Source: a virus (lineage: Duplodnaviria; Caudoviricetes). Taken from it: DNA of 64,000 nt. Each line of letters begins with the position of its first letter. The stretch's first letter is position 1. The notes beneath the pieces were generated by a model, which made no database searches, was not told the origin of the DNA, and was given only the letters and a program-made list of their open reading frames with translations. Positions 40,001-54,268 of the stretch are shown here, in pieces. The translations under genes and the position numbers were made by a program. The stretch is taken from the IMG/VR virus record IMGVR_UViG_3300037455_000245, positions 32,001 through 96,000 of that record. One strand, written 5' to 3'.

Positions 40001-43000
40001 GGCGTTTGTATATCTACGATTCAGGCGTAGATCCATCTATATTTCCTCCATATATACCGCCAGCATTATTTATTTCGTCGGCAATATTTTTAAGACTTTG
40101 CTGGGCTAAGAACGTAAATGTAGACATTCCCATACCAGCCCTCAATAAGAAGTTTGCGTAGTTGTATGTAGCATGGTTTACGTTTAGATCGAATATGTAT
40201 GGATCTTTTGCGACATCTACGTGAGCGTTAACCATTGCTGATAACCAGTCAGCTATTCGTCTACCATCTTTTCCGTACATCTGGTCAAGATCACCAAACC
40301 CGTACTTAGATATATTTCCGTCATATCGCATAGTAAGGTGGCACATCTAAGTAAGAGATAAGTTTGTAACGTTCAGAGCAAACGGAGCAATACCTTCTTT
40401 ACCAATAGAAAATTCTCGTTTCTTATCTATCTAGAAAGATGGAGTTAGAGCAAATATACCAGGAAGATACTTTTTTGGTTGATTCCTAATCACACCATTC
40501 ACAAAGTCATTTTTCAGCTCGCTTGTTAACACATCAATAGACGCTCTAGCATTAGCATAATTCTTTATATCTGTTATAAGAGTTATATAATGGTCAAGCA
40601 GTGAATTTGTTAGAGCTCCTTTTGTACTACCGGATTCAGATTCAAGCTCTTTCTTTCCATTCTTATAAGAATATGTAGCTAAGAACAATTTATCAACGTC
40701 GAAGTCAGAACCTGTCTGTGCAGTAAATTCTCTTGGAACAATAATAAGGTCACCAACAAGAGGTGGCATGACATCTGCCACAGTAAATGCAAACATTGAA
40801 GACAAACCTTGAGTAGGAATACGATACCCCATACCAAACGGTTTAGGATTAGACATTTCTCCATCTTTTGCTGTTGGTTTTGGATATTTTGTATCAAAAG
40901 ATACTCCTTTAGATTCCAAGAACTATTCTAATTCTTTTTTTATGTTTTCTGGTACATCTTGAAGAATTGTACGAGTTATTATACTATTTATAGTACCTCC
41001 ATATTTTCTTGAAATACCAATATTGTCAAGATATTTAAATGTTTCATCAGACCAGTTTTTATATTGCGTCCTATCTTCTGGTAATAGTTCATCTAGAGTC
41101 TCCTTTATAGACAATTCTTCATCCGTAAATGATGCTCCACCAGTCTTTCTTCCTTTTATAATGTCATGATCGATAAGCCATTGTTTCTACTCTGTAAACG
41201 GTCTTTTCTTAATATCGCCAGGCAATACAGACCTAAAGAAGTTTATAGATAATATAATCTCCATACTTCCGTTTTCCATATCCCAGTCGAGTTCTTCTCC
41301 GTTGTTGTAATTTATCTTATATGCACCAACCTGACTACGTACTTTATTGTTGCCATGCCCTACAAATCCAAATATAGATTGCTGAATTGCAGTTCCGCCA
41401 GGCATCTCAATGTCTACTACTTCAGAGTTTACAAGAGATGTTACACTGTTCTCAAATACCTCTCTAGACATTATACTAGCAGCAACCCCTCCGTCGTCGA
41501 ATATATCTTCGGCAGCGACACCCAAACCGTTATTTTGGATTATCAGCTTTATATACTTCCTCAATTCTTCGTCGTTCGGTATTGGGTTGTCTGGGTCACT
41601 TCCCGGTTTAAAATATTTTTTACGCAATTTTTCGTCACCTACAGAAGTAAGTTGTTTTATTATGCGCATAATATCCTTCTTGATAAATTCTCCGGACTTT
41701 CCATTATACTCCGCATCGTCGATTATATTAGAAAACGCAAGTTTAAACATCTGTGTACCAATATTTCTGAAATCTTCTTCGTGATGTTCAGTGTTAAGCT
41801 GCATTCTAAGATTGTTTAAACTTTGTATTTGTACTGGAACAAAGTCGTCACCATAATATCTACGAACCTAACCGTAATTTTTGTTATCTTCGCCTTTTTT
41901 ATCTTTTCTGCTATAGTCTATACTAGCCGCACTCTTCTTATTGAATAACTCATCTATTGTACAGACTTGCTCAGATACAGCAGCACCGTCTTTGCTCATC
42001 TTTACAGCATTTTGATGACCGCCAACTTTTACGGCAGATTTGAACGATATCATATCCAACTCATCTCCCTTTTGGTTCATTCGTTCGTACAATTTTCTAC
42101 TTGTATCAGTAGTAGCTTGGAACTTGAATAGAGGGAATACGGCCATTTTGTTCAAGCCTGGTACAGCAGTACCAAGAAATTTACTCGGATCGTTTTGAAA
42201 ATACGACATTTTTAATGGAAACAATTCGAGCTTTCTTACGGCGTTGTACAGTTTTTCGTCGGCCAACCAATCCCCAGTGTTAGATCCTTCTTTAAACTTA
42301 TCACCAACGCCCTGTATTATCTGGTATGCTCTTTCATCGTCATAAGACCATTGACCAAGCCCAATTCTGATTTTTCTATATAGCGACGGCCTTACAAAAA
42401 CCTATGCATCGCATACAGTAATATCGTTATATGGTTTTAATTGAGATTTTAGCTCTTTCTTTATCTTTGGTTTTATGTCTTCATACAGATTATATATAGC
42501 TTTAAACACTTCGTCGTTGTCGTATATAGAAGCTATTGTTTTCTCAAAACTCAAATTATTGTTCTTGCAATATTCTTCAAATTTTGATTTATCTATAGAA
42601 CGTATGTGATCTACCAGTAACTGACGTTCGAATATAGAAGAAACATGATCTATTACCATAGATTGTGCATTAATGTCTTCTACATTCATGTTTGTATAGT
42701 CTGTTATAGCCAAGTCTGGATATTTCTATAATTCTTCTTCTGTATACGAAAGTCTCATTTCATCACCAGGTGACAAAGTGGAACCGAGTCGTTTTATTTT
42801 ATCTGAAAAATTATCATTTACAACATCGACGTATATAGAACTTTCTGTGGTCTGTCCATTCGACAAAGTAATTCGTTCTGTTATCTGCTGCATACTGGAA
42901 ACATCTTCTGCGTTTTGCTTTACATATGATGTTCCATTCCATTTATACGCAGTCCCGGTATCTTGTGCAATATACAGCACTCCGGCTTTACCTTCTTTTT

Positions 43001-46000
43001 GCAAACTTGCTTTGTTCTTTACCCTATTTGCTTTTTCTGCATTTTTTATAGAATAAAAAGCGGGATCTCCGGAGAATACTTTTTCAAACTCTATTACAGA
43101 AATTGCCTGGTTTGCTACATAGTTTGCAATAAGAGAGAATAAAGCGTCCTGAGCTACAGTTTCGTCGAGGCCTTGTGTTGTATCAAAATAAACACCTTTG
43201 TTTTCTAACGCTTTTGATATCCTGTTCGCATATGATAATATAAGCTGCGTTGGTATACCATTCGGTATATATTTCCCGTTGCGCTTAGATACCATTTTAT
43301 AAGGACTGTTTTCGTCGGACAACTTTTCTAGCTCTTGTTTAGTAGCGCCTATCAACATTTCATTTATAGATGTCTTTATTTCTTGAGAAACAAAAGCTCC
43401 TTGTTTGAAATGTAAGTTTTTTATACGTTTTAATTCCTCTCGTATTAACTCAAATCCATCTAACTAATCTTGTTCTCCTAATGCAAGAGACCCTATTGTT
43501 TTATAAAGTGGGTCTGACTACGATAAATTTTTTGCATTGCCAGATTCAATTTGTTTCTGCAATTCGTATAAATACTACAGTCGCTGATTAAGATTATATT
43601 TTCTTCCCGACTTGTCAGTAAACGTTATAACATCGTAGAAATATCTAAATCTTCCGCCATTTCCGGAGAAATCGATTCTTGTTTGACCAGATTCGGTTTT
43701 ATATTGCTTTCCGTGGTAATTATCAATAAGACGAGCTGGGTTTTCGATTAGGTTTTTAATGTTTTTTCTAGAGTAATATTGTTCTACAGCATTAAGTTCA
43801 CCCATCATGTATTTTCCAAACTAATTTAATGTAGTGTCGCTGTATCGCATTATCTATACAGATCTATTACTTTTCTTATATTCTTCAGTTGCGTCCTAAT
43901 CTATCTTTTGTTTAGTTTCACTATTTGCATCAAGTCCTCTGTACCACGCCTTTGCGTCTACCTACCACTCTAGTTGTGCCGATTGTAATTTATCTGTAGG
44001 TTTCGGTTTTTCTTTTTCGTAATTAAGATAAATGTGCTTTTCTAACGTATCTTTATACGGCATCACAATTATTGCGTCATGACAAAGCTTGAGATTTTTG
44101 TGTGATATAGAATACCATGTTTTCTTATCTGCCATTGTGGGAAGAACAATCTGATCTTTTTCTGTCATTATCAGTTTTGCGATATAATCTTCCATAGGAG
44201 TTATGCCAAAATAATCAGCTCCTTTTGGACGGTTCATATCTTTTATTCCCACAAACGCGTTCAATTTAAAATGAGTATCGGCTTTTTGTTGTTTTGCCCA
44301 CTTTGAAGAAATGTCTAACAATTGACTTACTGCGCAATATTTAGACGCCTCCATCATACTTTTTGCAAACTTTCCGTCTGTTATAGACAACTGCCTAATT
44401 CTATCGGATATAAAACTGTTCTAGCTGATTGGATATATTCTGTCTCCATTTGGCGATTTGATTGAGAATTCTTTTGCAGAAGGATGTACTATATTTATTG
44501 CTTTTGCAAGTTTATATATATGAGTGCCTTCCCTAAAATTCGACAATAATTCATCGAACTGCCGTTCTCGTTCATCGCCCGAATATTTAACAGAATTTGC
44601 TCCAGAGTTTGCGGCAGAAATAATCGCATCAGCCATTTTTGGTAATGTGTTCTGTGCAGATTCAACTGTTTCTCCCACATCATCTGTAGTTTTCGCGTCT
44701 TCGTATAAAAACCAACTTTTCAGTTTGTTAAAGATATATCTATTTGATATATTATCATCTTTTCTAGAAGACAATTGTATCATTACCATTAAAGAATCTC
44801 TATCGAGTGGCACAGATAACATATTATAGAAATCAATAACGTCGTTAACGATATTGTTTATATTCTATTTTAATTCTTTTGTACCGTATTGTTTCGATAA
44901 TTTTTGCCTTATTGTTTCTAAACGATTCCCCAATGTTTTTGCGAATTTCTTAGACAATACCGTTTCTCCACGTTTGTTCATTTCAAGCAATCCATGAGCA
45001 GTGAGTGCTTTTGACCACTCTCTTGGTATATTTCTAGAAATTTCCTCTTCGTTGTCGTTTTTTATGCTCCACTCTCTTTTGACATCTGCTACAGCTCCAT
45101 TTCTTATTATTTCACCTTCGTCAAATGAATCGTCATCAGAAAAATCTTCATCGTCTATCTATTCTAATGGATCTTGTATCCTAAGATACGATACCTGAGG
45201 TCTATTTGCGTTTATTGTAGTATATATCTAACTACGCAATGTTATAGCATCCCAACTGTTACCGTCAATTGTAGTTAATATTCTCCATAAAGATTCATAG
45301 AAATCGTTACTTTTGCGTCTTTGATCTATCATTCCAAGCAACGATGTTTTTTTATACCCATCTTTATCTTTATCACAAAGAGATTCGCATTGCCACAATC
45401 TATCCACAATAAGATTCCATGCTTCTTTGAACGAATACGTTTTAATCATCCCGAAATCATCGAGTTCCTCTTCGTAATCAAAACTAATGCCGTCATCGTT
45501 ATACTTTCTTTTCAGTATAGGAATTTGTTGCATCAAGAGCTTTGTTCTTATTGTAGCATTGTCTCGTTTAGAAACAGAAAGGTCAAATCTGTCCCACGTA
45601 TTATCAGCGGGAGCGTTCTCCTTTAATTCTGCTTCATTTACAGCATTTACCTTATCTTCTTTGTCTAGTTTTCCTTTCTCTGCCTTTTCTACCTACTTCA
45701 TTGTACGTATTTTAGCAGTAAGTCCTAGCTCTTCAAAAGACTCTTGCACAGCCCTTTTTACCAGCTCTGGGTTCTGCATAACATCTCGCAATATATGTTT
45801 CTGCTGAGTAGAAAGATCCGGAGATTTGTCTATCCACGACTCTACACTCTTCAGCATCTCATCATAGTTACTGCCATTTACACGCTTGATATCTTTTTCT
45901 GTGTGAACATTTGCGTCTTTTATAATTCTGTTTGCTATTGCCACAGAAGCATCGAAGTATTGTTGGTGATTAGAAATATGTTCAAATTTCTTTTGTCTTT

Positions 46001-49000
46001 GTTCTTCAGTAGTTCCTGGAATATAATATTTTACAAAAGGAGCACCTTCTCGCCACTCTTTCTTGAAATATGCAAGATCTGCCTAGGAAGCGGTGCCTTG
46101 TTTGTAATTACCTGCGATAATGTCATCAAATACTTGTCTATACTCTTTTTTCTTGTTAAACAGCCTTACAAAATCTAACATGTTTGTAAAAGCGCGTCGT
46201 ATAGAACCTATAATAGACATGTCCTCCTATAAAAGAACCCATTTTCTGAAATCTTCAGCCATGCGCTCTTCTATTTCTTTATTATCTGGTTTTTTCCTCG
46301 CAAACCATTTGTGAGTGTTTAAATATGCTTTATATAAATACTCACGTTCTTCCTTGTTGTGCAAAAGTAAGTTTACATAATGCCAAGCTTCATGATAATG
46401 TACACTGCGACCGCCAGTTTTACGCAAACCTATCGTACCAACCAAAGAGTCTGTTATACTATCAACAATTACGTCTACAGCACCCAATATTTCAGGATCA
46501 CGCAGCGCTTCCTCTGCGGCCCCCCATACAACAACGTTTGCCTGATCTATACCTAATTTGTCAGAAAGCCATTCTCTAGCTTTCTTTTCGTCAAACGTTC
46601 CTTTTGTCTTTTTTCTTGAAAAAACACCTGTTGCCGCAGAAATAGTATAATGCCTTTGATTAAATGGAAGTTCTTCTGGGGTGGCGTCTTCTGTTTCGTA
46701 CGAATCTACAGTATCTACCAACGCTTTCACCTTGCCAGTTTCCTTTTCTTTATATACAAATATAACATCGACTTCGTCTGGAGTACGTTTGTCGTATCTT
46801 TTGATAGTCCCATTCTCCACAGACTGTCTATCCAATTTATCTTTGTGCGTTTTGTTATATTCTTCCACAAAACGATCTACCTGGTCTTCACGTAACTTCT
46901 TGTCCCATTCGATTAACCCTTCGTCATCATCTTCAGATATTCCAAGCCCAGAATCATCATGTTCTTCGGAGAATTCACAAATAGTCTACTTATCCCTACT
47001 CTGTAGGAGAATCATATCAAGTATATCATTTTTATCGGTATCAATTCTATTAGCAAAACTTTTATTATTTGCGCCGGAAGACCGTAAAAACTCTACCCAT
47101 TTTTTTATTTTCTCCTTTACTTCTGCTATTGTTTTTGGAATATTTAATCTATCTAATCCTCTAACAGATATTTTTGACATTTGTGCCTTTTCCTTAGGCT
47201 CGTCATAAAACACGTTGCTTTCTTCCTATACGTCAGGTTCTGAAGCCTGTTGTTTTGCTCTTTCTGGTTCTGTTTTAGCGTTTTTCTTTCTTCTTTTTGC
47301 TTCTTGAACTGGGATAGATAATCCACCTGCTGTTTTTTGTACAGGATCTTTAGACTTTGATTTTACACCATGAGCAAAAACAAACGGAGCCGTAAATATC
47401 TAATCGCTAGCATCTGTTTTTATCTTTCCGTTTTTTATCATCCATGCAAGAACACTACCCCTCTGTTCAACAAGATCGCCGAATTCTGTCGCACCTCCAT
47501 CTGGAACAGAGTAAAAATCTCCAATTCTGAAGGAAAGCTGCGGGCATCCCATTATAGACACACGATGTTCCATAATCTAAGCCGGTGTCATTTTGTCAAA
47601 TGTTCCGGCTTCAAATTCTTGTTGAATTAAATACTGCACTAGATCTCCAAGAACGCTTTTTGAAGCATCGACAGAGGCAGACTCTCCAAATGTATAGTCG
47701 TCAGTATTCCAGTGCATTTGCGTAGCTATAGCTTGTACAATACTTTCTCTAAGCTGACGTTTTTGTTGTCTAACCTCTTCTGTATCGTCTTGAGATTCTA
47801 GTATTTGGTTTTTAGAGAACTCTTGTTGTACATAAATAGTTTTGTTTTTCTTTACAGTTGTTCCGTCTGCTCTAGGTACGTCTATTTGCGTTTCTTGGGG
47901 AAGACCTATATACAACATTGGTTCACCGGTACCTTGCTGCCACATAACAACAGTTTTACCAGTAGCTGTTTGCTTCTTGATTCTAACCGGTTTTGCTCCA
48001 TAGTACAACTGCTTTGCGGCGAGATTTACCATAAGATCGCTGTTTGGATCAGGTTGCTTAGCAAGTAATGTTTTCATGCTACAGTTTATAAACAACGAGA
48101 CCAACTCATTTTCGTCATACTGAACCCTTCCTTGCTTATTGCCGCTTTGTATGCCTGGTAAATTTAATTCTCCAAGTATCATATATAGCAGTACTTCGGC
48201 AGCACTTGGTTTTTCTTTTATACCGGATATTGGTTTTTTTGTAATAGGATCTATGCAAAGTTTTACGCGTCTAGAACTATTTATTGGTACTTTCTCAATC
48301 TTCCCGTTATCTGTCTATCTATACTGGACATCAAATTTTTCTTCAGCAAGCATTACCGGAATCTTATTTTTGCCAGTTAGACTATGTACCATCATATACA
48401 ATTTTCCTGACAGACCACCTTTTTCAAACAAAACTTCATCATCTCCTTCTCTGCGACTAAATCCGTATTTTACTATAAACTTTTTACCGGTTCTTTTAGC
48501 ACGTAAACCTTTTCCTATACCTATTAAAAGAGACTCGTCTTCAAGCATATCTTGTATCTCTTCCATAGACATAGAAGGATCTACTAGAGTTCTGTATATG
48601 GGCAAATCACCGGCTGTTTTCTACGAGTCTACTCTTCCATTACTTTGCTCCAAATATTCTGGACGAACTTTGTCTATATGAGGTGTATTTGGAAATATAT
48701 AATCCCCATTGGCATCTTTTTCAAGATATGCGTCTATTATTTCATCTCTTGTCTTCTTGAGCTTATCTATTTCCTCATCTATCTTAGATTCTTTAAATAC
48801 AATTCTATCGGGCTTTGAAAAATATTTTCTTGCATTATACTTGTAAGAATCTTGTATTTCATCTCGTTGCTTCTTGCGCGCTTCAAAATCCTCAATAGAC
48901 TCAGATGGAGATCTTTGAACACTGTCCCAAATAGAATACGCCTTTTGCTTTGCATTTTTCTTATCCCTATGAAGTTGTTCATAATCCTAAGCATATAACT

Positions 49001-52000
49001 CCCTTGCATAGCTATTCACAGCTTGTTTATACGCAGCTTCTATTTGTTTCTCATACAAGACTTTATCCGTTTCTGGCTTTTTTATTCCACCAACGTATTC
49101 TATTACCTTCTTTATGTCCATATTATGTAACAGAAGGCTTGTTTTTAATATTTCGCGCTGGTGTATATGATACACCCTAGGATTCCCATCTCTGCCTTTA
49201 TATTTACTAGATACTGATACTACATCGCCTATTGGCTTATATACACATGCATATGATGCATCTTCGTCTTCTAGTATAAGTGCTACTGTAAACGCGTCCT
49301 TGTTGTTCTTTGTATTCTTTGCCTGTAAAGATTGTGTTACTACATAATAAGATTTTACTTTATGTAACCACCCTTTTTGCGACAATTTTTTAGATAATTC
49401 TGCACCAGGTTTCAGCGGTTTTCCATTAAACTCTGTTATAGTTTTCCCGTCTACACTTAATATTATAGGAGTTTTTTGTTCGTTATATTTATAAAATAAC
49501 GTTTGCCATATTAATTCTGGCGACGGCTCTCCGACAATATCTCCTAGATTTTCTTCATTGTCTATCTGTGTAGAGTTATTTATATGCACAGGAGCGTTTT
49601 CTGCTTCATCTATAAGATCAAATTCTTCTTTTATAGAATCAGATTCGTCTTCATTTAGTGGATCGCCGTCGTATTCAACATCACCAAATTCGTTCTCAGA
49701 TAAAAACGACGTGTCGTAATCGTCCTAAATATCATCTTCTATTGCATCTTCTGCAATTTCTTCATCTGTTCTCTGGATATCGTCTTCAAACGAAGGCTCA
49801 AAATTTTCAGAATCGTTCAAATCACTGTTGACGCCTGTATCTTCATACTAAATATCACTATCATACGGATTAGCGCCGTCGTCTTCTAAAGACCCCTCTA
49901 TGGCGTTATCTATATTACTGGTATCTATATCATCTTCGTCTACGTTGGCAACTTCACCAGGCTCATCGTCAAGTTCGTCGTTTTCTGCCTTGTTGGTGTC
50001 GCCAGTATTTGTAGAACCTTGTTTTTTACCGTCGGCTTCTGTGTTATCGTTTCCACTGTCGTCAGTACTCGTTTTGCCGGATCCTTGTTTTCCTGTTTCA
50101 ACAGAACCGCCTCCGCTTAAAGAATCAAATTCATCAAAAACGTCATCTAAATCCTCATCCTATTCTTCTTTTCCTTTGGCAGCGTTTTTACGTTTTTGTT
50201 GTTCCTCTTTTACATCTTGTTTCTTTCCACCGTCGTGATAGAATTGTTTCCTTACCGCCTTTTCAGCGTCACTTATGTTGTCGAAAGTTTCCTCGCTTCT
50301 TACAATAGGTTCGTCTTCATCTGAGCTATCCTAAACCTACTATTCTGGACCGCTTAAAAACTCCTACGGTTCTTCTATGTCTTGAAAACGTCTGTGTACT
50401 ATTTTCTTTCTTCGTACAGACTCTTCTATTTTTTTCTCGATGGCGGTCCAGGCAGCTTTTTTTGACAAATGCTGCATGTCCTCTAGGTCAGTGATCTCAT
50501 CGAAACCTAAATGCGTATCGGATTCTCTTCTAGAATCTTTCTTAGCTACTACAGCACCATACTCGTTTACAATATCGTCCAAATATGTACCTGTAGCAGA
50601 TTCTCCAAATATAGCCTATCTTAATATATTCGGGTTTTCTGACAGCGACATGTAAATATTTGCAACTCTGGCCTATGCGTCCATTATTGCTCTATTTATA
50701 AAGTAATTCTCTAATGTTTTAGTATGTATGTCGTCGTCATCCAATTCAAATACTCCGCCTAAGAATTTCTCAAAATCAGAATTCTTTCCTACAATGTCCT
50801 GTTCTACGCTACGGAGCTGCTCTAACTTCTTTTTATAGTTGTCGACCCACCCTTGTACTTTTGACGGATCTACGTCAAGTCCCGTTATTTGTCTTATTTT
50901 AGTAAGAGCTTGTGCTTGATCGGTAGCCCACGACATGTTGTCTTCGATAGCTTTACGCTTCTTAAGATTATGAAGCATTCTTAACTACTCCAGAGCAAAC
51001 AATGCTTTTGTTTTCGGTGTTTTAGTGCGCTGGTATGCTTCATGAATAAGTCTGTCGCGTTCTGTCTCGTCGTTTTCAAATATATCTTCAAGATATGCAG
51101 TTATCCCTTCATCGAATGCAAGCGCTTTGTCTTTAACCAAATCTCTTATTGCCCAATGCCCAGAAAACTTTTTAGATTTGTTTTTTCCACGTCCGTTTTC
51201 GTTTAACATTCTCTCTTTAAACAAATCTTCAGATTCTTTTTCATAAATAGGCTTTAACAGTTCATCACGCTTTTTCTTTGCCTCATCGGTTTTTGCCTCA
51301 AATAGACGCTGCGCCTGCACTCTGTACTTTGGACCTTTTTTCTTGGTTCTCTGCTTTTTTATATCTTCATCAAGATTGTTTTGTAAAACATCTTTACCAA
51401 TAAGTTCTATAAGCTCGTCAACAGTTTTTATGGTTTTGACGTAAGACTAAAATTCACGATTTGTGTATTTTGGGAAATCTTTTATATACTTATCATAATT
51501 GTTGGAAAATTTATCTATAGCCGCTGCTAATTTTGAATTATCTTTTACTAATTGTGATAATTCTTCTTGAGAAATACTTCCATCTAATATTTTGGTAAGG
51601 ATATACTCCTAATATTGTTGTGTAGCGTTTATATCTTTCATTTGCTACAAAACCAACTCTCTAGTTTTATGATAGTCCATAAGCGCTGTAGCGCCATCAC
51701 GAAGAAATTGTCTATATTTTTCGCTATCTTTGTTTATTCCCTTTTCTTCAAGATCTTTACTTACCTGTTCGTTGGAATAAAGCCCCCACACAGCTGTCAT
51801 CAACTTTATATCGTCGTCAATGTATTCTTTCTTTACAAGACTGCGATTAGCCTGTTCTATTCTATCTTGGTATTGTTCATTGGTTTCGCCGTCTCTTTGT
51901 TTGCCTTTATCTTCACTAAGCATCTATTTTAGATCATTTAGTGAAGTAAATAAAGAACTCCAATCGGCTCCATGCTAAAACCTATCGTAGAACATGTCGA

Positions 52001-54266
52001 TGTGTACATTGTCCTATAAAGCTTTTTCTTGTTCTGATAATATTCTTATAGCAACTTTATCGTCATAAAATTGTCTAGCAAGACCTCTTATGTTTTCATT
52101 AGATGCACCGGCTAAATTAGTAAGAGCATGTTGACCGCGAGATTGTATTAGTGACGACCAGAATCCAATATTCATAGATTTTACAAGATCTTCGCTCCCG
52201 TTATCTGGATCCCATACACCAGCACCAAAATAATCAGCAACCGCTGTTGCCGCTATCCCAGGATTTGATACAAATTCGCTAAGATCAAACATGGATTGTT
52301 TTTTGCGGTAATCGTCATATTCGCCTCGCATGTATCTAGATGACAATAGATTTTGAACACCTTCTTCTGCAGATTCTGATAAAGCGGTACCCAACAGTGT
52401 CCTAAACTTTCTTCCTTCGTACTTGGCCAAATGCTCTCCCATGAGCGCTATTTTTGGCATATCTCGCTTCAAGAATGTTTCTGCGGCCTTTTTTATTTTT
52501 CTAGAAAAATATCCGTCTATTGCGTTTAGGCTCTAGTCAATGGCGCTTTTATAATCTGCGTATTTATATACATTTGGATCAAACCTCATATTTAAACGCT
52601 GACCCAATGTTTTTTCTCCAAGATACAGATTGTCTAATGTTTTATCACGAAACACTTTTAACCCGCGGGTCACATCTCCACTATAACTCATATAAGGGAG
52701 CATTTGCGCGTAATCTAATATACCAAGCGCATTGTTTGCGTTTATTAGTTTGTTTATACCAAGTTGAGCATTTTTCTTAGCTTGCTCGAATGCAGCATCG
52801 TCTGTCTTTATATTTAACGCAACACCCAACTACCACAACTAATCAGTCGTTAACGCATCTACGTCAATCCCCATCAAGGCGCCACCTTCTTTTATTTGGC
52901 GCATTATATTTTCAATATCACCACCGTTTGCTTTTGCTTCATTCGCTACTCTATTGCCAATAGCGCCTATTTTTTCAAGTGCCGTTTCTTCTTGCCTGGA
53001 TTTTATTGTCGCACCAACACCAGTGGCAACATCCGCTGCAGAAAGTACGGTTCCAATAATAGGATGGTTTTTTAAGAAAGCAGAAGTTAATTTCTTTATA
53101 AGCACATCTACACCTTGAGCGCCAATTTGATACTTCATCATGTCTAACGACGATGCTATATCTTGTGTTGCCAAAAATGGGTGCAATAGCCCATCGATAA
53201 AGCCGCCTTCCTGTTCGTACCACTACCGCTGTTGTTTCCATTCTTTAGAAACTTCATTATAGTCGTACGCTCCATCTATACCAAACAGTCTTCCGTATTT
53301 TAAATTATCTTGAGATTCTTTCAGCTCGTCTATAGTCTCATTATATTCATGTTCGGCATTTGATATCTTACTGTTGATATCTTTTATCGCGTCTGCCCGG
53401 TTTATTAAATCACCCCCTACATAAGATTTATTTAATATCTCGTCATCATCTTTTGATAAGTATTTTATATAATTCTGCATTCTCGACGATGTGCTATATT
53501 CGTCAGACATTATTTTTTTAACAATATCTTTTGCCTCACCATAAGCACCGCTTAATATCTCGTCCAAGACTCCAACCGGTCTTGTTACAATATCCGCAGC
53601 TCCTTCTATAACTCCTCCTACAATACTGCCAAGAACACCATATTTACTCAATCCGAGTCTTACGTTATGATTACTCCATCCATTTTTTATAGCTTGTGCA
53701 GTCTGTGCGTTAAATCTTTCAAGCATCGACAACTTAGTGCCGTCGTACATATTTTGAGCTATTGCATCATGCGTACGACCCTCTCCTGTAAAATACTAGT
53801 CAAATTGAGCTATAGATTCTTTTACATCATCTAACTACTGAATCAGTACATCAAGGTCTTCTCTGCTTCTGGTTGACATATTAGGATCGTTAAAGATTTT
53901 GTCTTCTAAATCTTCTTTTCGCTTCAAAAGATCATAATAATCTTTTATTTTAAGCAAATCTTCATGATATGTCTTTGCGTCGGAAACGTCACCAATCTTA
54001 GCATTTACATCTTGTGTATCCATATCGTAATTTATGGAATTCCACAAATCAGATACAGTCTGTTTTGTAGAATCCCACAAATTTCCAAAGAAACTATCAT
54101 TATTGGCAGAAGAGTCTATATCCGCTTCAGGATCGCCTATGTTTGTAACAATAGTAGATCTATCATAATCATTGAATAGATGTTGTCTATTCCTATTCGC
54201 CTATATTTGCTACTATCTATATTCTCTTAATTGACGATCTAAATCTTTATACTTGTCGTGTGTCAT
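37068..54266 (-). CDS. ~5,732-aa virion RNA polymerase protein, TAG-recoded
   Basis: 30 track fragments share one frame, and those checked end in TAG. ATG 54266 to TAA 37068. Catalytic region YRIPTQ...QTGSDFDVDKL (~40690-40830), VDVAKD, zincin-like HEAWH (~46380). Gaps spot-checked only. Confidence 0.87.
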
Positions 54267-54268
54267 AA

